In this document: piece after piece, positions 41,460-58,013 of the stretch
Numbering within the stretch: position 1 is the first letter of the stretch
Layout of the letters: every line of letters starts with the position of its first letter
Assembly: GCA_951406725.2 (NCBI GenBank)
Contig: OX597819.1
Coordinates: 101,556,001-101,620,000 of the forward strand
Reading direction: 5' to 3'
DNA length: 64,000 nt
From: Octopus vulgaris
Taxonomy: Eukaryota
The notes under the pieces: generated by a model
Databases searched by the model: none
What the model saw: only the letters and a program-made list of their open reading frames with translations
What the model was told of the DNA's origin: nothing
Translations under genes and position numbers: made by a program

Positions 41460-41615
41460 TTGTGACCGCGTGTGTATCGTTGGTGATTTTCTTTCTCCGT
41501 CTTCCCTTCCTTGGACCTTTCCCTTTTCTATGTTTCTGACGAAGAGCTTTGCTCGAAATGTTAAATCTTCCTTCTTCCTTTCCTTTCCTAAGCGTCCTCT
41601 TTTTTCCTGTTTGGA
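41460..41615 (+). mobile_element. PLE pLTR remnant with hammerhead (41533-41565)
   Basis: ttt-CTGACGA-a-gagc-ttt-gctc-GAAA-tg-TT-aaa; followed by (TA)n. Confidence 0.78.
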
Positions 41616-41616
41616 T

Positions 41617-41647
<31 letters not shown>

Positions 41648-42035
41648 GTACATATGACGGACTCACCCACAGTTTCTGTCTACTTAAATCAGTCTATCTA
41701 CTCCGAAGGGATGAAAGTCCACCCCGGTTGAATTTGAAGTCAGAACGCAAAGGTGTACGAAATGCCGCTAAGCATTCTAACGGTTCCGCCAGACCACCCC
41801 TCAGGACTCTTTCTATATATCAATATAACTCTTTAGCTACTTTCAGTTCGAGGGTTGCAGGTTTGCTGTGGCACCGCTGTTTGCTCTGCTACACCTTCAC
41901 ATACATAAATAAATATATATACATATATATATATATGTATGTAGGTATGTATTATTGCATTCTCTTCTCTACCAAATTGTTTTCTCCGTATCTGGAGACA
42001 CCATATATATCTACATACACATACACACTGTCTGA

Positions 42036-42078
<43 letters not shown>

Positions 42079-42752
42079 CCTATATATTTATCTATCTATC
42101 TAAAATAAACAAGTAAACAAATTCGAGAGCGCACCCCCCACACACACACACACATCTTACATCAATACCGGTCTGACTCTCTGCACTTTTTACGTCTTTA
42201 TCTATTACATCTCTGCTTTGCCTACCCCTCTCTTTCTGTCTATCACTCCCTCTCCATTTCTCCATCGTGACCATTCCACAGCTGAATCACCAACAATTGT
42301 TTAATGATTAACTAAAATTCCGTGCCACCGCTGGAACAACAGAGATTCCAATATACCACTATATGTTAAGCCAGCACTATAGATGACCAATCACTAAAGG
42401 AATGGTTCTTTGGATTCTTCAGAAAATAATTGCTTACAACCTTACCGCAGAAGGAACATATTTCTTTTTTTATTCACGTCATTTCTTTAAAAGTTTTCGG
42501 GAAATGTTCGCTGTAATTCCCATTAAATTCCTTGGTTTTATGCTGCTAGATTCAGTATCTACTTCAAGTTCTCTTCAAACTAAATCTTCTCTTCTTTAAA
42601 ATGATTTCTCTTTCGTAAACGTACGTGAGCCTGTAAGTCTTACACTGCGGATAAATGTATGAGTGTCTGAATAAATGTGTGAGTGTGTGTGTAAATTATC
42701 TAGTAAATGCATACATATTTATATACACACATGGGCATATATCTGTGTGTGT

Positions 42753-42805
<53 letters not shown>

Positions 42806-42874
42806 TATATATGTATATATACATGTATATACATAGGCACATACATGCACATACACTTATGCATACCGACACGT

Positions 42875-42907
<33 letters not shown>

Positions 42908-43514
42908 ACAAATATATATTCTTTCATCTTTCTGCTTGTCTCAGTTGTTAAGCGATGGCGGGGACAAACACAAATACACATATATATAAATATACAACAG
43001 ACTTCTTTCAGTTTCCTCTACCAAATCCACTCACAAGAAATCGGTCGGCCCGAGACTGTAGTAGATGCCAAAAGACACTATTACCAACTTAAAATCTCTG
43101 AGAATAAAACACTGGGTTGTAGGCGAGCAAAAGAAAGATAATGAATTAAACTTTTGGTTAACCGTATACAAGATCTTGCTTCAAGCTTTAAGTAAGAAAA
43201 TATATTTCCTACTGTCTCATCAACAACGATATTCCATAGCATAAATTTATGGAGATTTTAAGGTGGTAACAATGTCTTTTAACGTCTATTTTCCCAGCGC
43301 GTAGAGAGGCTTATAAATAATCCCTTGTTATAATTATGTATGTAATTCTAAAATATTTCTAAAATTTACCTATGAGATTTTTATTTCCGCGCTGACCCCT
43401 TGGTAAAATCATTAAAGGTGTTTACCCTTTATTAAAATTATATTGACACATATATACATATACATATATACGTATGTACATATGCATATATATATAAATT
43501 TATACAGAAATATC

Positions 43515-43825
43515 TTCTATCTTTTATCTTTTACCTGATTCACTCAATACACTGTGGCTGTGCTGGAGCACCGCCATGACATTTTAGTCGAATGTATAAT
43601 TTCCAATGCTTATTTTTTCAGCATGGCACTTACTCTGTCGGTCTCATTTGCCGGACAACTAGGTTACGGAGAGGTAAACACAACAATACCGGGTGTCAAC
43701 TTGTGATGGGAGGAGAAACACAGACACATCGTCATACATATATATACACAACAGACTTCTTTCTGTTTCTGTCTACCAAAACCAATCACTGAACCAGAAA
43801 CCTCGTGGCTGGGAAGCAAGCTACT
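43515..43825 (-). mobile_element. SINE family A, internally deleted copy
   Basis: gctggagcaccgcc..gtcggtctc..gtctaccaaa..gggaagcaagct. Confidence 0.75.
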
Positions 43826-44140
43826 TTTATTCATTTAATTGCCCACAAGGGCTTTACAAAGAAAGGAATCTGCGGGCTGGACACGGATATAAAGCGATGG
43901 AGTGATTAACGATATGATAATAATAAGGGAAACAGCAACACCCGCCGATTGCTGTATACACCAGCACATTGTTCTTTATAAAACACTTTGAGGTAAAAAA
44001 CCTCTTACATAATAACACATTAAGGAGGCAATATACATCTTACATTTATGACATACAAAGCCACTTTAAGGCAATAAACCTCACACACACACACACACAT
44101 ACACACACACAAACTCTCTTTTATATAGATGAGTTTTATG

Positions 44141-44194
<54 letters not shown>

Positions 44195-44196
<2 letters not shown>

Positions 44197-44454
44197 AGAT
44201 AATGGTGTCATTGAGACCCAAAGGTGTCAGGTAATGCTGAATAAGTGCTATTGACAGACCATAGTTAAGTTCCAAATTCGGTAATATTGCGAATAAAGGG
44301 TTCAACCTTGGTTCTATGTCAGCGTGTGTATATAAGAATTTCTTGCGTAAGAAGATAAAAAACCAAGGGTGTGTAGATATTAGAGCATTTATAGAAATGC
44401 TCTAATATCTACACAGCCTTGGTTTTTTATCTTATTACACAAAAAATTCTTATA
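44195..44454 (-). mobile_element. Fold-back PLE-derived element family FB-A, minimal hairpin copy
   Basis: Tail 44195-44330; 60-bp arms 44331-44390 / 44395-44454 (4 mismatches), 4-nt loop. Confidence 0.88.
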
Positions 44455-44478
44455 TATATATATATATATATGCATATA

Positions 44479-44704
44479 CAGTATCCCTCACCATATCGCG
44501 GTTCACCAATCGCAGTTCATTATTTAAGCTTACGTCGAATTCTCCGTGGGGTTGTTTTGCATTCATAATAAAATAAATATCCACAAATTATGAAACAAGA
44601 AAAAAAAAAGAATATACAGATTAGTACTGTTTCTACTTCGCAGAATTTTCACCTATCGCGGCAGATTTTGGAGCAGAACACCCGCGGTAGTCGAAGGATT
44701 ACTG
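44479..44704. mobile_element. Tc1/mariner-pogo (Tigger-like) MITE
   Basis: TA|CAGTATCCCTC..ATCGCGG and CCGCGGTAGTCGAAGGATTACTG|TA imperfect TIRs with TA TSD. Confidence 0.7.
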
Positions 44705-45328
44705 TAGTTAAGATATATTTCTTATTATATTTTAAGAGTTAACCGGTTTCACAGTTTACACTGATTTTCAAAACCTTGTAATAGAAAGTCGTGGCTCATC
44801 TGACACTTGCCTTGCTTCTGATTAGTGTTTGAAGCTTGCCCTATTTTTTGAATAGGATTTGATTGGTAGAGAAGAGTCACATGACTTGTACTAGAAATTT
44901 TTGTAGGTTCTTCGCTACGTTCGTTTGTTAGTATCAAGTATATATGTATTTTCTTCTGTATGTAATGTGTGTGTATTTGTGTGTGTACGTGTGTGTGTAT
45001 GTGTGTTTGTGTGTGTGTGTGTGTGTGTCTGTGTGTGTGTGTGTCTGTGTCTATTTACATACAGAAAGAAGACGAAGAATGTGACACAGAGAAAGACGGA
45101 AAATACTTGGAGACAAATATACAAATAGACGCACAAAATGTACACAAATTCATTAGAAATTCCTGAAACGTGTTGCTTATACATGGTACATTTTGAAATT
45201 AATGGATTTTTGTGTTTCCAATGGCAACTGTTTCCGAGACTGATCCTATTTCTTGGCCAACCCACTAATATTTCTTTGCATGTCGACGTATCTAGAGCAA
45301 TCTCTCTCTCTCTCTCTTTCTCTCTCTC

Positions 45329-45381
<53 letters not shown>

Positions 45382-45484
45382 ATCTATCGTAAGTATTTGT
45401 GTATCTATATGTAGGTCTTTTTGTGGCTGTATTTATATATTAAAATGAATTAAAGGTAACGCTAATGCTACTACGACTTGATGC

Positions 45485-45572
<88 letters not shown>

Positions 45573-45768
45573 TATTATTATTATTATTATTAATGTTGTT
45601 GTATGTGTGTCTGAGTATACATACAAATACATATTCCGGTGAATCACTTAAGCTATCACTTTATTAATCTATTTATCTCTCTCATCCTATCTCCCTACTT
45701 CCCTCCATTCATTTTTATCACTCTCTCTCTCTCTCTTTCCCTTCCTCCTTCACTCTGTCTCTTTATTG

Positions 45769-45862
<94 letters not shown>

Positions 45863-45957
45863 GTCCCTATATTTGGCTCTATTTTCCATTCTTTTTATTT
45901 TGTTATCTTCTTACATAAAAATTATTACTACAGGTCAACACAGTGTTATTATTATTG

Positions 45958-45988
<31 letters not shown>

Positions 45989-45990
45989 GC

Positions 45991-46047
<57 letters not shown>

Positions 46048-46319
46048 TGGAGAGACAGTAGGAATAGCAGGGGTGGCAGCCGTACTGTTTTGTTGAAACA
46101 GCAGCTGGTTTATAAATAGGTTTTGTATTGAATATTTATGACACATACACATATCCATTATCTATTCACACACGCATGCACACACATACACACACAAATA
46201 GGTGTGTGTATGTAAACATATGCATACATATGTATTTATGTATATATGAGTACATACATACATATATATATATATATACACACATATATATATATATATA
46301 CATATATATACATATATCT

Positions 46320-46384
<65 letters not shown>

Positions 46385-47189
46385 TATATACATATATGTA
46401 CATACCTATATATATATGTATATATTCATGCATATATGGGTACAGGACATCAAAATAAAACGTGAACAAAAATAGAAACGAGAACATTAAAAAAACATAG
46501 AAAACGAACTTTTGGAGGGACAAGAAAGAAACAAATAGAGAAACGAGACAGGCAACTTAAAGAATATGAGTATATTTGTGAAACTTTTGCGTACTTTTTC
46601 CTACTGATTACTCTCATGCAGAGCCTGGATACAATCAAGAACTCACTGTAATCATGTACTAATATTAGTGTATGAGGTATTTTCTAGTCATACATTTTGA
46701 TATCTAAAGAAATCTGACTGTGCAAATAGTGTTGGAACTTAAGCTCAAAGGACACAACAACCACCCTCACTGCTGTTCCCATCTAAAATCCCCGAATTAC
46801 CATCCTGTTTACGAAAATTGTACTTACCTTTATACCCAGGCGTCTTCTAATCAGTTCTGATACTAATGTCCACCTGAACCAACTGAAGGAAATATAAACT
46901 TCTTAGTTGGCCAAAAGAGGGTAAGCTAATTTGTCTAGAGAATGTTCGTCTCGCAAACAGCTACCATATCTAAACGCATTTACCTGATATCGTTTTTGCA
47001 GGTTTCATGCGTTTATGTCGGCGTTACCTGATGTGCATTTATGCCGCCTATTTTTAGTAAGGCCATGTTAGGATGAAAAAAAAACTAAAGAAATCGTGAG
47101 GGTCAATTAATGTTTGTCTACTTCAATAGTAGTAGTAGTAGTAGTAGTAGTACAAAAGTACCACACTACGTTTACAACAGCGAAAACCA

Positions 47190-47695
47190 GCGCATGGGCG
47201 TGACAGAAAAAATTAGTACGACCAGAAATCCGAAGGCATCACCGAAAATGCTAATGCAAAGATCCTGTGGGATTTTATGATTCAGTGCGACTATGAGACA
47301 GAGGATATGAAGCCACACATAGTCTTAATAGAGAAAGAAAACAAACTATGCTAGATCATAGATATAGCATGCCCAGCTGACAAGGTATGCGATAAAAAAG
47401 AAAGAAACGTCGATAGATATGACAGGTTAGCTTGGGAGTTGGCAAAGCAATTGTGGTCGGTGAAAAAGGTAGTAGTGGTACCAATAATTGTCGGAGTCCT
47501 GGGAACAGGGAGTAAAAATCTTGAGAAGTACATTGAACAAATATGGGCTGCAATAAGGGTGGAGCACTTGCAGAAGAGAGCACTACTTGGGACCGCTCAA
47601 ATACTCCGGAAGGTGCTCGAAAAATAAGAGGTGTTACCTTAGTTCATGGTAGTGAACGTAGTCCATCTCCAGCATTAGCTGTGCAAAGGCAATGA
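47190..47695 (+). mobile_element. Second R4/Dong-clade 3' fragment (RLE domain), decayed
   Basis: KILWDFMIQCDYETEDMKPHIVLIEKENKLC*IIDIACPAD..KQLWSVKKVVVVPIIVGVLG..LQKRALLGTAQILRKVL. Confidence 0.85.
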
Positions 47696-47904
47696 TAATG
47701 ATTTCAATTATTTGCCACCAGGGCGAAGGATAAGTGGGGGTGGGCAATACATAGACAAACATAAAGTGTTAGGGTTTACATATATTAAAATGATAAGATA
47801 ACTATAAAAATAAGTGGCTATTAACGGAATGCAATGAAAAGGAAAGGACATATAGATACTATACTAAAGTTACAAAAACAAACAACAATAACAATAACAA
47901 CAAC

Positions 47905-47981
<77 letters not shown>

Positions 47982-48031
47982 TGATAATAATAATAATAAT
48001 AATGATAATAATGATAATAATAATAATAATG

Positions 48032-48102
<71 letters not shown>
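47905..48102. repeat. (TAA)n microsatellite
   Basis: Direct reading. Confidence 0.97.
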
Positions 48103-48104
<2 letters not shown>

Positions 48105-48285
48105 TTTTGGCACAAGGCATCAAGATCAGGGAAGATTGTAAACTGATTTTATCGACCCCAGTACTCAACTGTTACTTATTTTATCGATCGCGAAATGAAC
48201 AAAGACAAAGTCGATCTCGGCGCTTTTGAACCCAGAACTTGAAGAGGGACGAAATGTCGCTAAGCATGATAGTAATAATAATAAC

Positions 48286-48345
<60 letters not shown>

Positions 48346-48355
48346 TTTAATAATC

Positions 48356-48392
<37 letters not shown>

Positions 48393-48560
48393 TGATGATG
48401 ATGGTGATGATGATAATAATAATAATAATCCTTCCTGCTATAGGCGCGAGGCCTGAAAGTTTGTGGAGCGGGGACGAGCCGACTACATCGACCCCAGTCT
48501 TTTACGGGTACTTAATCTGTCGATCCTGAAATAATTAAAGGCAATATCAACATTGGCGGA
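48105..48560 (-). mobile_element. Two SINE family B fragments with different 3' tails in (TAA)n
   Basis: 48105-48270 (ttttggcacaagg tail) and 48430-48560 (ctataggcgcgaggcctgaaa tail), each with atcgaccccagt. Confidence 0.7.
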
Positions 48561-49220
48561 ATATAATAATAAGGATGATGATGATGATGATGACGAAAAC
48601 GATGATAATAATAATGATAATAATAATAATAATAATAATATTGATAATAATAATAATGATAAAATATAGATCTATCTCATTATATTTAAAGCGATTAGTT
48701 GGTAATATAGCTATACGTTTATTCACCCACCCACCCTTCCAAACGCAACATACAACGGTTGCTGCATCACATTGCAGCTGGCTGTAAATCATAACACATT
48801 ACCACTATCAGTTTCTATGTGCAGTAAGTGGAATATTTTGTAAAAAGTGCAACCAACTGATGCATGCATTCTCTCTTTATCAGCGCAGCTGATGCGAATG
48901 TTGTAAATCCACTTCTAATAATGCATTAAATGCGGTATGCAGACAAGTAGCATGTAGCAGCCGATAATTTACAGTGATGCATCTCGTGTACTTACAGACA
49001 TTTATGAACATCAATATGCATACATATGAACATTCATGTGATTCTCATATGTCACATATACATAAGCATGAAAATACACGCTTGTAACTCTTCCTGTGTT
49101 TACGTGTACATTAATCAAAACATATGTATGATTACATAGCCAAACTTACATTTATTATCAGAGACATACGAACCTAAAAAGTCATGAAGAAGTACGCACA
49201 CACACACACACATACACACA

Positions 49221-49312
<92 letters not shown>

Positions 49313-51104
49313 TACGCAAGCATACACATTCATTCACATTCATACGCATGCATACACACATATATATACGTATATAAGTATACAAGTTATAAATGTGCGC
49401 GCGCGTTTGTGTATTCTTTTATTCTTTTACTTGTTTCAGTATTTTTACTGCGGCCAGGTTGGAGCGCTGTCTTTCACAGAAATTGTACTGACAGTAATTT
49501 CGAAGTTTCTGCCTGCTTACTTTTCAACTCACTATGTTGGATTTTAGTTCATCATGGCTTTATATAGTGTCTGGTAAGTTTATTTTTTCTAGTGTAGGCG
49601 GCGCTCTTGAATGATAATTAGTTTGTATGGTGATGAAAAGAAGTCATGGAAGGTTTCTGTTGATTAAATTTGGAGTTGTGTTGTTTTTCAGAGTTCAATC
49701 ATGCGTGTAAGAATCAAGTGTCTCAATGTAGTTGTGTCAGATTCAGACCATTCATAATTTAGGTAAGTGAAAAGGTTAGTTCAGCAAATGCTTGTCTAGG
49801 TTATGCTGTTGATAATGAGAGATTTGACCTGCTTGTTTTGTCAAGGCTACTGTTCATAGCTCAATACAACAGGTAAAACTTTTTAATTAGTTATATTTAT
49901 TTAGGTGTGTCAGGTTTAGATCATGGAGATTTAGTAAAAAAAAATGTCATCTTCTGTTTTAGCGATTCACCTAAGAATGTAAGCAGATTGAAAATTTAGC
50001 TGGTCAGTAGATCTCTATTTGTTTGCGCTGTTTGGACACATCGTGGGAGGTATAAACTGTTTATTTTGGGCAGGGGGAAATTATTTTCCCAGATTCCCTT
50101 ACTTAGTTACTGTTTAGAAAAATCAACTTTTATGCTTTGGGGAGAAAAATTTAGATGACTTTTTAATAAATATTCTTCTTATTCGGATTCATACGAGGTT
50201 ATTAGTTATGATATTTATAATGTTTTACTTTGGAACTATTGCTATTCGCAAACTTATGGTATGATAAAATGTGTGCATACACTTGACTATAAAAGTAGAA
50301 ATAAATACAGAAAAAAATAATTCTAATCAAAGTTAAAGCTCCTTTAGACGTATGTATTTGTATGTGTGTTTATATACGTGTGTATCTATATGTACGCACG
50401 TATATTAGAAATTTTATGGGTAATTTGGTTGAAAATTGGAGAAATTTAGATGATTTCTATAATGCTTGTTTAGTGTAACGCTGAACTTTTATTGTTTATG
50501 TACACTATGGGGATAGTTTGTGGTGATGAGCAAGGAATGTTCGTGAGATATTTTCTAGCCGTTTGAAAAGAACAATTGGTTTTGGAGATTTTTTGTTTGA
50601 AGGAAAAGGCTAATTTAGAATTTCGGTCCAGTATTTAATTCCTAAATATGAGAATGTAGTAGATTCATTATCAGTTTGTCTCAATCCATTTTCTCTTCAA
50701 TGATAAAATAGGCAGCCACAATAATATCGGATGCAGGCAACAGCAAAAAATTACTCCAAATACGCAACTGTTCATGAAACAGCTGTCAAGAAAAACCTGC
50801 GCGCCTTTTAAGTTTCTTCCAGTTTTTCTTCTGATGACTCTCTTGTATCGAACAAAATGCGTCACACCAATATTACAGACTTTCTGTTCCTTCCTGGAAT
50901 CTACCTGATTATATCACATGAGCTTCTATGCTGAGATTTTTTACTAATCTTGTTATATAGGTTCCTTTGTGTTGTATACGTTGTATAAATATAACTATCT
51001 CATAATCTTATAATCTGACCAAATAATTGTTTGCTTCTCCTTTTGTTCTATAACAAACATACATGCATACATATATATGTATAAATGCGTGTGAGTATTT
51101 CTGT

Positions 51105-51146
<42 letters not shown>

Positions 51147-51241
51147 CTGTGTGAGCGTGAATATGGGAATGCAACACCGATGAGGAACAAAACCGACACA
51201 TAGGCACACACAGATACATTTGAAAATATTTGTCTATCTAC

Positions 51242-51660
51242 AGGCGCACGAGTGGGCGTGTGATAAGAAGCTTCTTTACCAACCACATGGTTGTGGGTTC
51301 AGTCCAACTGTGTGGCAACTTGAGCAAGTGTCTTCTGCTGTAGCCTCGGGCGACAAAAGGCTTCTGAGTGGATTTGGCAGAAGGAAACTGAAAGAATCCC
51401 ATCGTATATATTTATATGTATATGTATGTGTGTGTGTGTTTGTGTGTCTGTGTTTGTCCCCCATCATCGCTTGACAAACGATGCGGGTGTGTTTACACCC
51501 ACTTCACTTACCGGTTCGGCATGACAGACCGATAGAAGAGTGCCAGGCTTACAAAGACTAAGCACTGGGGTCGATTTGCTCGACTGAAGGCGGTGCTCCA
51601 GCATAGTCACAGTCAAATGACTGAAACAAATACAAGAAAAGAAAAATAGAATAAAAGAAT
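51242..51660 (+). mobile_element. SINE family A, full length
   Basis: Colinear with 2960-3368. Confidence 0.88.
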
Positions 51661-51739
51661 ATCAATCTATTTGTCTCTCTCTCTCTCTCTCTCCCTCTCT
51701 CTCTGCCTTTCTGTCTCTGTCTGTCTGTCTCTGTCACTG

Positions 51740-51777
<38 letters not shown>

Positions 51778-51831
51778 CATATATTTTCGTAAGCTTTCCC
51801 TAGATATATATATATACATATACATATACAT

Positions 51832-51909
<78 letters not shown>

Positions 51910-52448
51910 ACATATATATATATATCATATATATATAAGTGTCTGCATATATATATATGTATGTATGTATGCATGTATGCATGTGTGTATGTATGTATAT
52001 ATGTATGTATGTATGTATGCTTGTATGTATATGATTACACGCACATTTGTATTTACATGCATATATGCTTACACATATACATCAGTATAATATAAACGGA
52101 ATATATATTTGTCAGAAAGTATGGTCTGTATATATAATTATACGTGTATGATTATTCACAAGGTATGAGGGAGAGATATTGTTAGAGAGCTGAATTGTGA
52201 GAGAAGGGCAGAGTATTAAAGGAACCAGATACAGAAGGTATGTAGCACGTAAATAGACGGTGTAAGGTCAGTTTAATAGCATTTAGAGATGTAGATAAAG
52301 ATTAAAGAAGATAAAGCATGATATAAACTGGAAAAATATTTGCCTCGAAAGATGTGAGGCTATCAACCAGGCTATGGAAAACACATATTGTTAACGCATG
52401 TGCGTGCATATATATATATTTATATACATACATATAAATGTATGTAGC

Positions 52449-52649
<201 letters not shown>

Positions 52650-52720
52650 GTACATACATATATGTATGTATATATGTATATATTTATATGTATCTATATG
52701 TGTACATATACATATTTGTA

Positions 52721-52839
<119 letters not shown>

Positions 52840-52980
52840 TGAGAGAGAGATATGTATAGATATATATGTATATAGATAGATGTATATGCATATACAGAGG
52901 TGAAAAGTGAAATGTGTGCGCATATGTATACGTATGGCGTGTATAGAATATATGTATGTGAGTTAACATATGAGTGAGTG

Positions 52981-53050
<70 letters not shown>

Positions 53051-53489
53051 GTCAGAGAGGAATTTGCAAAATAATCATACTAACTGACTTAAAGACAGTT
53101 TAACGCTGTGGCAAAGAAAGAAAAGTGTTTGAGCGAGCGAGAAAGAAAGAGAGAGAGAGAGAGAGATGTGAGGAGGGCGTAGAAAGAAATGAGAGAGAGG
53201 AGTAGGGGAGAAAGAGATGGAGAGGAGTAAGAAATAGAGGTGGATGAGAGGAAGCGATTTAGAGGTACATACGGAGTAAGTAGCTTGTAAGTTAGTGAGC
53301 AGGAAGAAAATAAAAGGAAGAGTTGGAAAGGAGGAAGAAAAGGATAAGAAAACGCGATTTATCAAAAAACGAACTATAGGAGAAAATGAAAGAGATACAA
53401 TACCAAATAATAAACTATAAGTATAAATATAGAAATTAATGGAAGAAGGTAGTGAGAGAATACAGAGGATGTTAGAAAATTAAATTATA

Positions 53490-54092
<603 letters not shown>

Positions 54093-54281
54093 TATGCCAT
54101 CATCATCATCATCATGGTGTTGTTGTTGTTGTTGTTGTTGTTGTTGGTGGTGGTGGTAGTTTTGTCGTTTGGTGGTGGTGAAGATGATGATGACGACGAG
54201 GAAGATGACGATGTTGAAAATGATGATGCCGATGTCAATGGTGACGATGATAATGATGACGACGATGGCAACAATAATTAC

Positions 54282-54361
<80 letters not shown>

Positions 54362-54369
54362 CAACAACA

Positions 54370-54570
54370 TTGATTTCAAATTTTGGCACAAGAGCGGAAG
54401 GGGTAAGTCGATTACATCGTTTCCAGTATTTAACTGGTACTTGTTTTATCAATCCCGAAGGACTGAAAGGCAGAAGAAGACCTCGACAGAATTTGAACTC
54501 AGAACGTAAAGATGGATAAAATACCGCTCAGCATTCTGCCCGGCGTACTAACGATTCTGCCAACTTACCG
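54370..54570 (-). mobile_element. SINE family B
   Basis: tttcaaattttggcacaag..gtcgattacatcg..aatttgaactcagaacgta..aacgattctgcca. Confidence 0.8.
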
Positions 54571-54616
54571 ACTTAACAGCAGCAGCAGCATCAACAACTG
54601 CAAAAACAACAATAAC

Positions 54617-54672
<56 letters not shown>

Positions 54673-54673
54673 C

Positions 54674-54721
<48 letters not shown>

Positions 54722-55246
54722 GGTGATGATGATGAAGATGATGATGATGATGATGATAATGATGGTGATGACTTTTGTTTTCCATTAAATTTTAAGGATA
54801 ATAGTATTTACAAACATTATGAATCTCTTATTATAAAAGGCAGATTTTATCTGCCTCCCTTTGGGAGTTATACAAATCTACAATATAGGATTTCTTCAAT
54901 TACAATTTACCTAGCATTTTTAAGAGTACAACGCATCGCGTCATGCCAGGTCCAGTTTTTAAAATTTAAACTCCAATTAAGCAACATTTACAGAAAACTC
55001 ACATTCTGGTGTGTGTGTCAAATGCTTTTCTTAGTCTGGTTTACAGCACACGCAAACGCACACACACAGTGTGCAACGAATAAAGTGAAACTAGATGTAA
55101 TATTTGTTTCTCTCTATCATGCTGATAGATACATGAGTAAAATGTATGGGAAGCTAACAGATAAGAGTGAGTGAAAATGTTCTTGGAAGAGAGTAAATTA
55201 GCGACAGTATGAAACAGTGTTTATGTATAAACAGACGACACTTATA

Positions 55247-55570
55247 TAAACCCTTTCGTTACCAAACCGCCCGAATTTACCTATTCATATTTAAATGAGA
55301 ATAGCAGAGTAAATCTCTTTAGTACATTCGTGAAAACACGTATTATACTTCGTAAACACTTCAAATACAGTTTTGTACAAAAATCGAAGTGTAATTTTAA
55401 TTCCGTGAATTATGGGAGATTTTTTTCCAAAATTTGTTCCTATTGTGTTTTCAAAATTTGTAATTCTGACAAAAAATGGATACGAATTTCATTATATCAA
55501 GCAGCGAGTCAGAATTCGAAGGATTTTCTACTGAAGACCTTCATAAATCTAACTCTATGACTGAAAAAAA
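55247..55570 (+). mobile_element. Possible piggyBac-like left end with start of acidic N-terminus
   Basis: taaa|CCCTTTCGTTACC (TTAA-CCC-like) and downstream MDTNFIISSSESEFEGFSTEDL. Confidence 0.4.
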
Positions 55571-55576
55571 AAAGCA

Positions 55577-55973
55577 TCTTTATATAAGAGTGAAGTTGTG
55601 TGTCTGTCCCGTTCGATTTAGATTCGTAGCTACTCCCACATTTTGCGGTGCAGTTTAACCAAAAGCGGGTATCTTATAGTCGTGATTCATATCGAGCCCT
55701 TCTGGGTATTAGCGCGCGTCTACGATGAGTCTACGATTTAAAAAAAAAATTACCATCATATTTTTCCATTTTAATGCATTTTTTTCGCTTTTATATAAGG
55801 GAAGTAACTCTCTAAAAATATCTACGATGTGTCAACGATTTAAAAAAAAAATTACCTTAATTTCTTTTCAATTTTTAATGCATTTTTTTGCTATTTTTTG
55901 GCTATAACTCTCTAAAAATGCTTATATAATTATTTCCCTTACAAACCCGAGCAACGCTGGGCGATACTGCTAG
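55577..55973 (+). mobile_element. Non-autonomous Helitron
   Basis: A|TC 5' end (tctttatataag), subterminal GC hairpin cccgagc-aac-gctggg, CTAG|T 3' end; internal ~100-bp tandem duplication 55719-55920. Confidence 0.8.
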
Positions 55974-56695
55974 TGACGTATAAGAAGGAAAGGCAACGTC
56001 AGGAAAGATGAAATAAGAAGAGCAACATAGTTCGAGACATTGAGTGAGAGAACGAGTGTGAGAGCGAGTGAGCGAGTGAGTGAGTGAGTGAGTGAGTGAG
56101 TGAGTGAGTGAGTGTGTGAGTGAGTGAGTGAGTGAGTGAATAAGTGTGTGAGTGAGCGAGTGAGTGAAACTGGAACGGAAGTAGTTATAATACAGAACTC
56201 GTGTGGTTTGTTGAACGGTAAAATAGTAAATAGTTTCACTAGTGTTACCGATTCTGTAGTGGTACTGCTGATAAAATTCTGATTCACATGCCATTCATCC
56301 AAAGAATGCTTCCTTTTTTTTTTTTTTTTGCTCTCTTATTTTGTTTAATTGATAATTATTTCTTTATTTTACTTTTTTTGTTTTGTTTTCTTTCAATTCA
56401 GTGCTGCCATTTTTTTTTTTTTTAAGTTTCTATATTTTCACTGAAAGTGAAGAGAGGGCAAAATGCTGTAATGACTAGACATACATCTAGAGAGTAGGAA
56501 CGGATATGTAGTGTCGTTTTTGTAGTCATTCCCTTCACAGACAAATGCACCAAAGCAAACGCACGCACACACACAAACGCACAAACATACACGCTCACAC
56601 GTGCGCTCGCACACACATAGATTGATAGGTTGTTAGATACGTTAGTTGAGTGATACGAACACACGTCACACACGCGCATGCGCACACACTCGCAC

Positions 56696-57975
<1,280 letters not shown>

Positions 57976-58013
57976 TTGTATATCTCTCTACATGTATGTG
58001 TTTATGACCATAG

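Noticed and set aside
49500-50260. Possible decayed PLE RT on minus strand
   Set aside because: Only vague motif echoes; cannot support without a profile search
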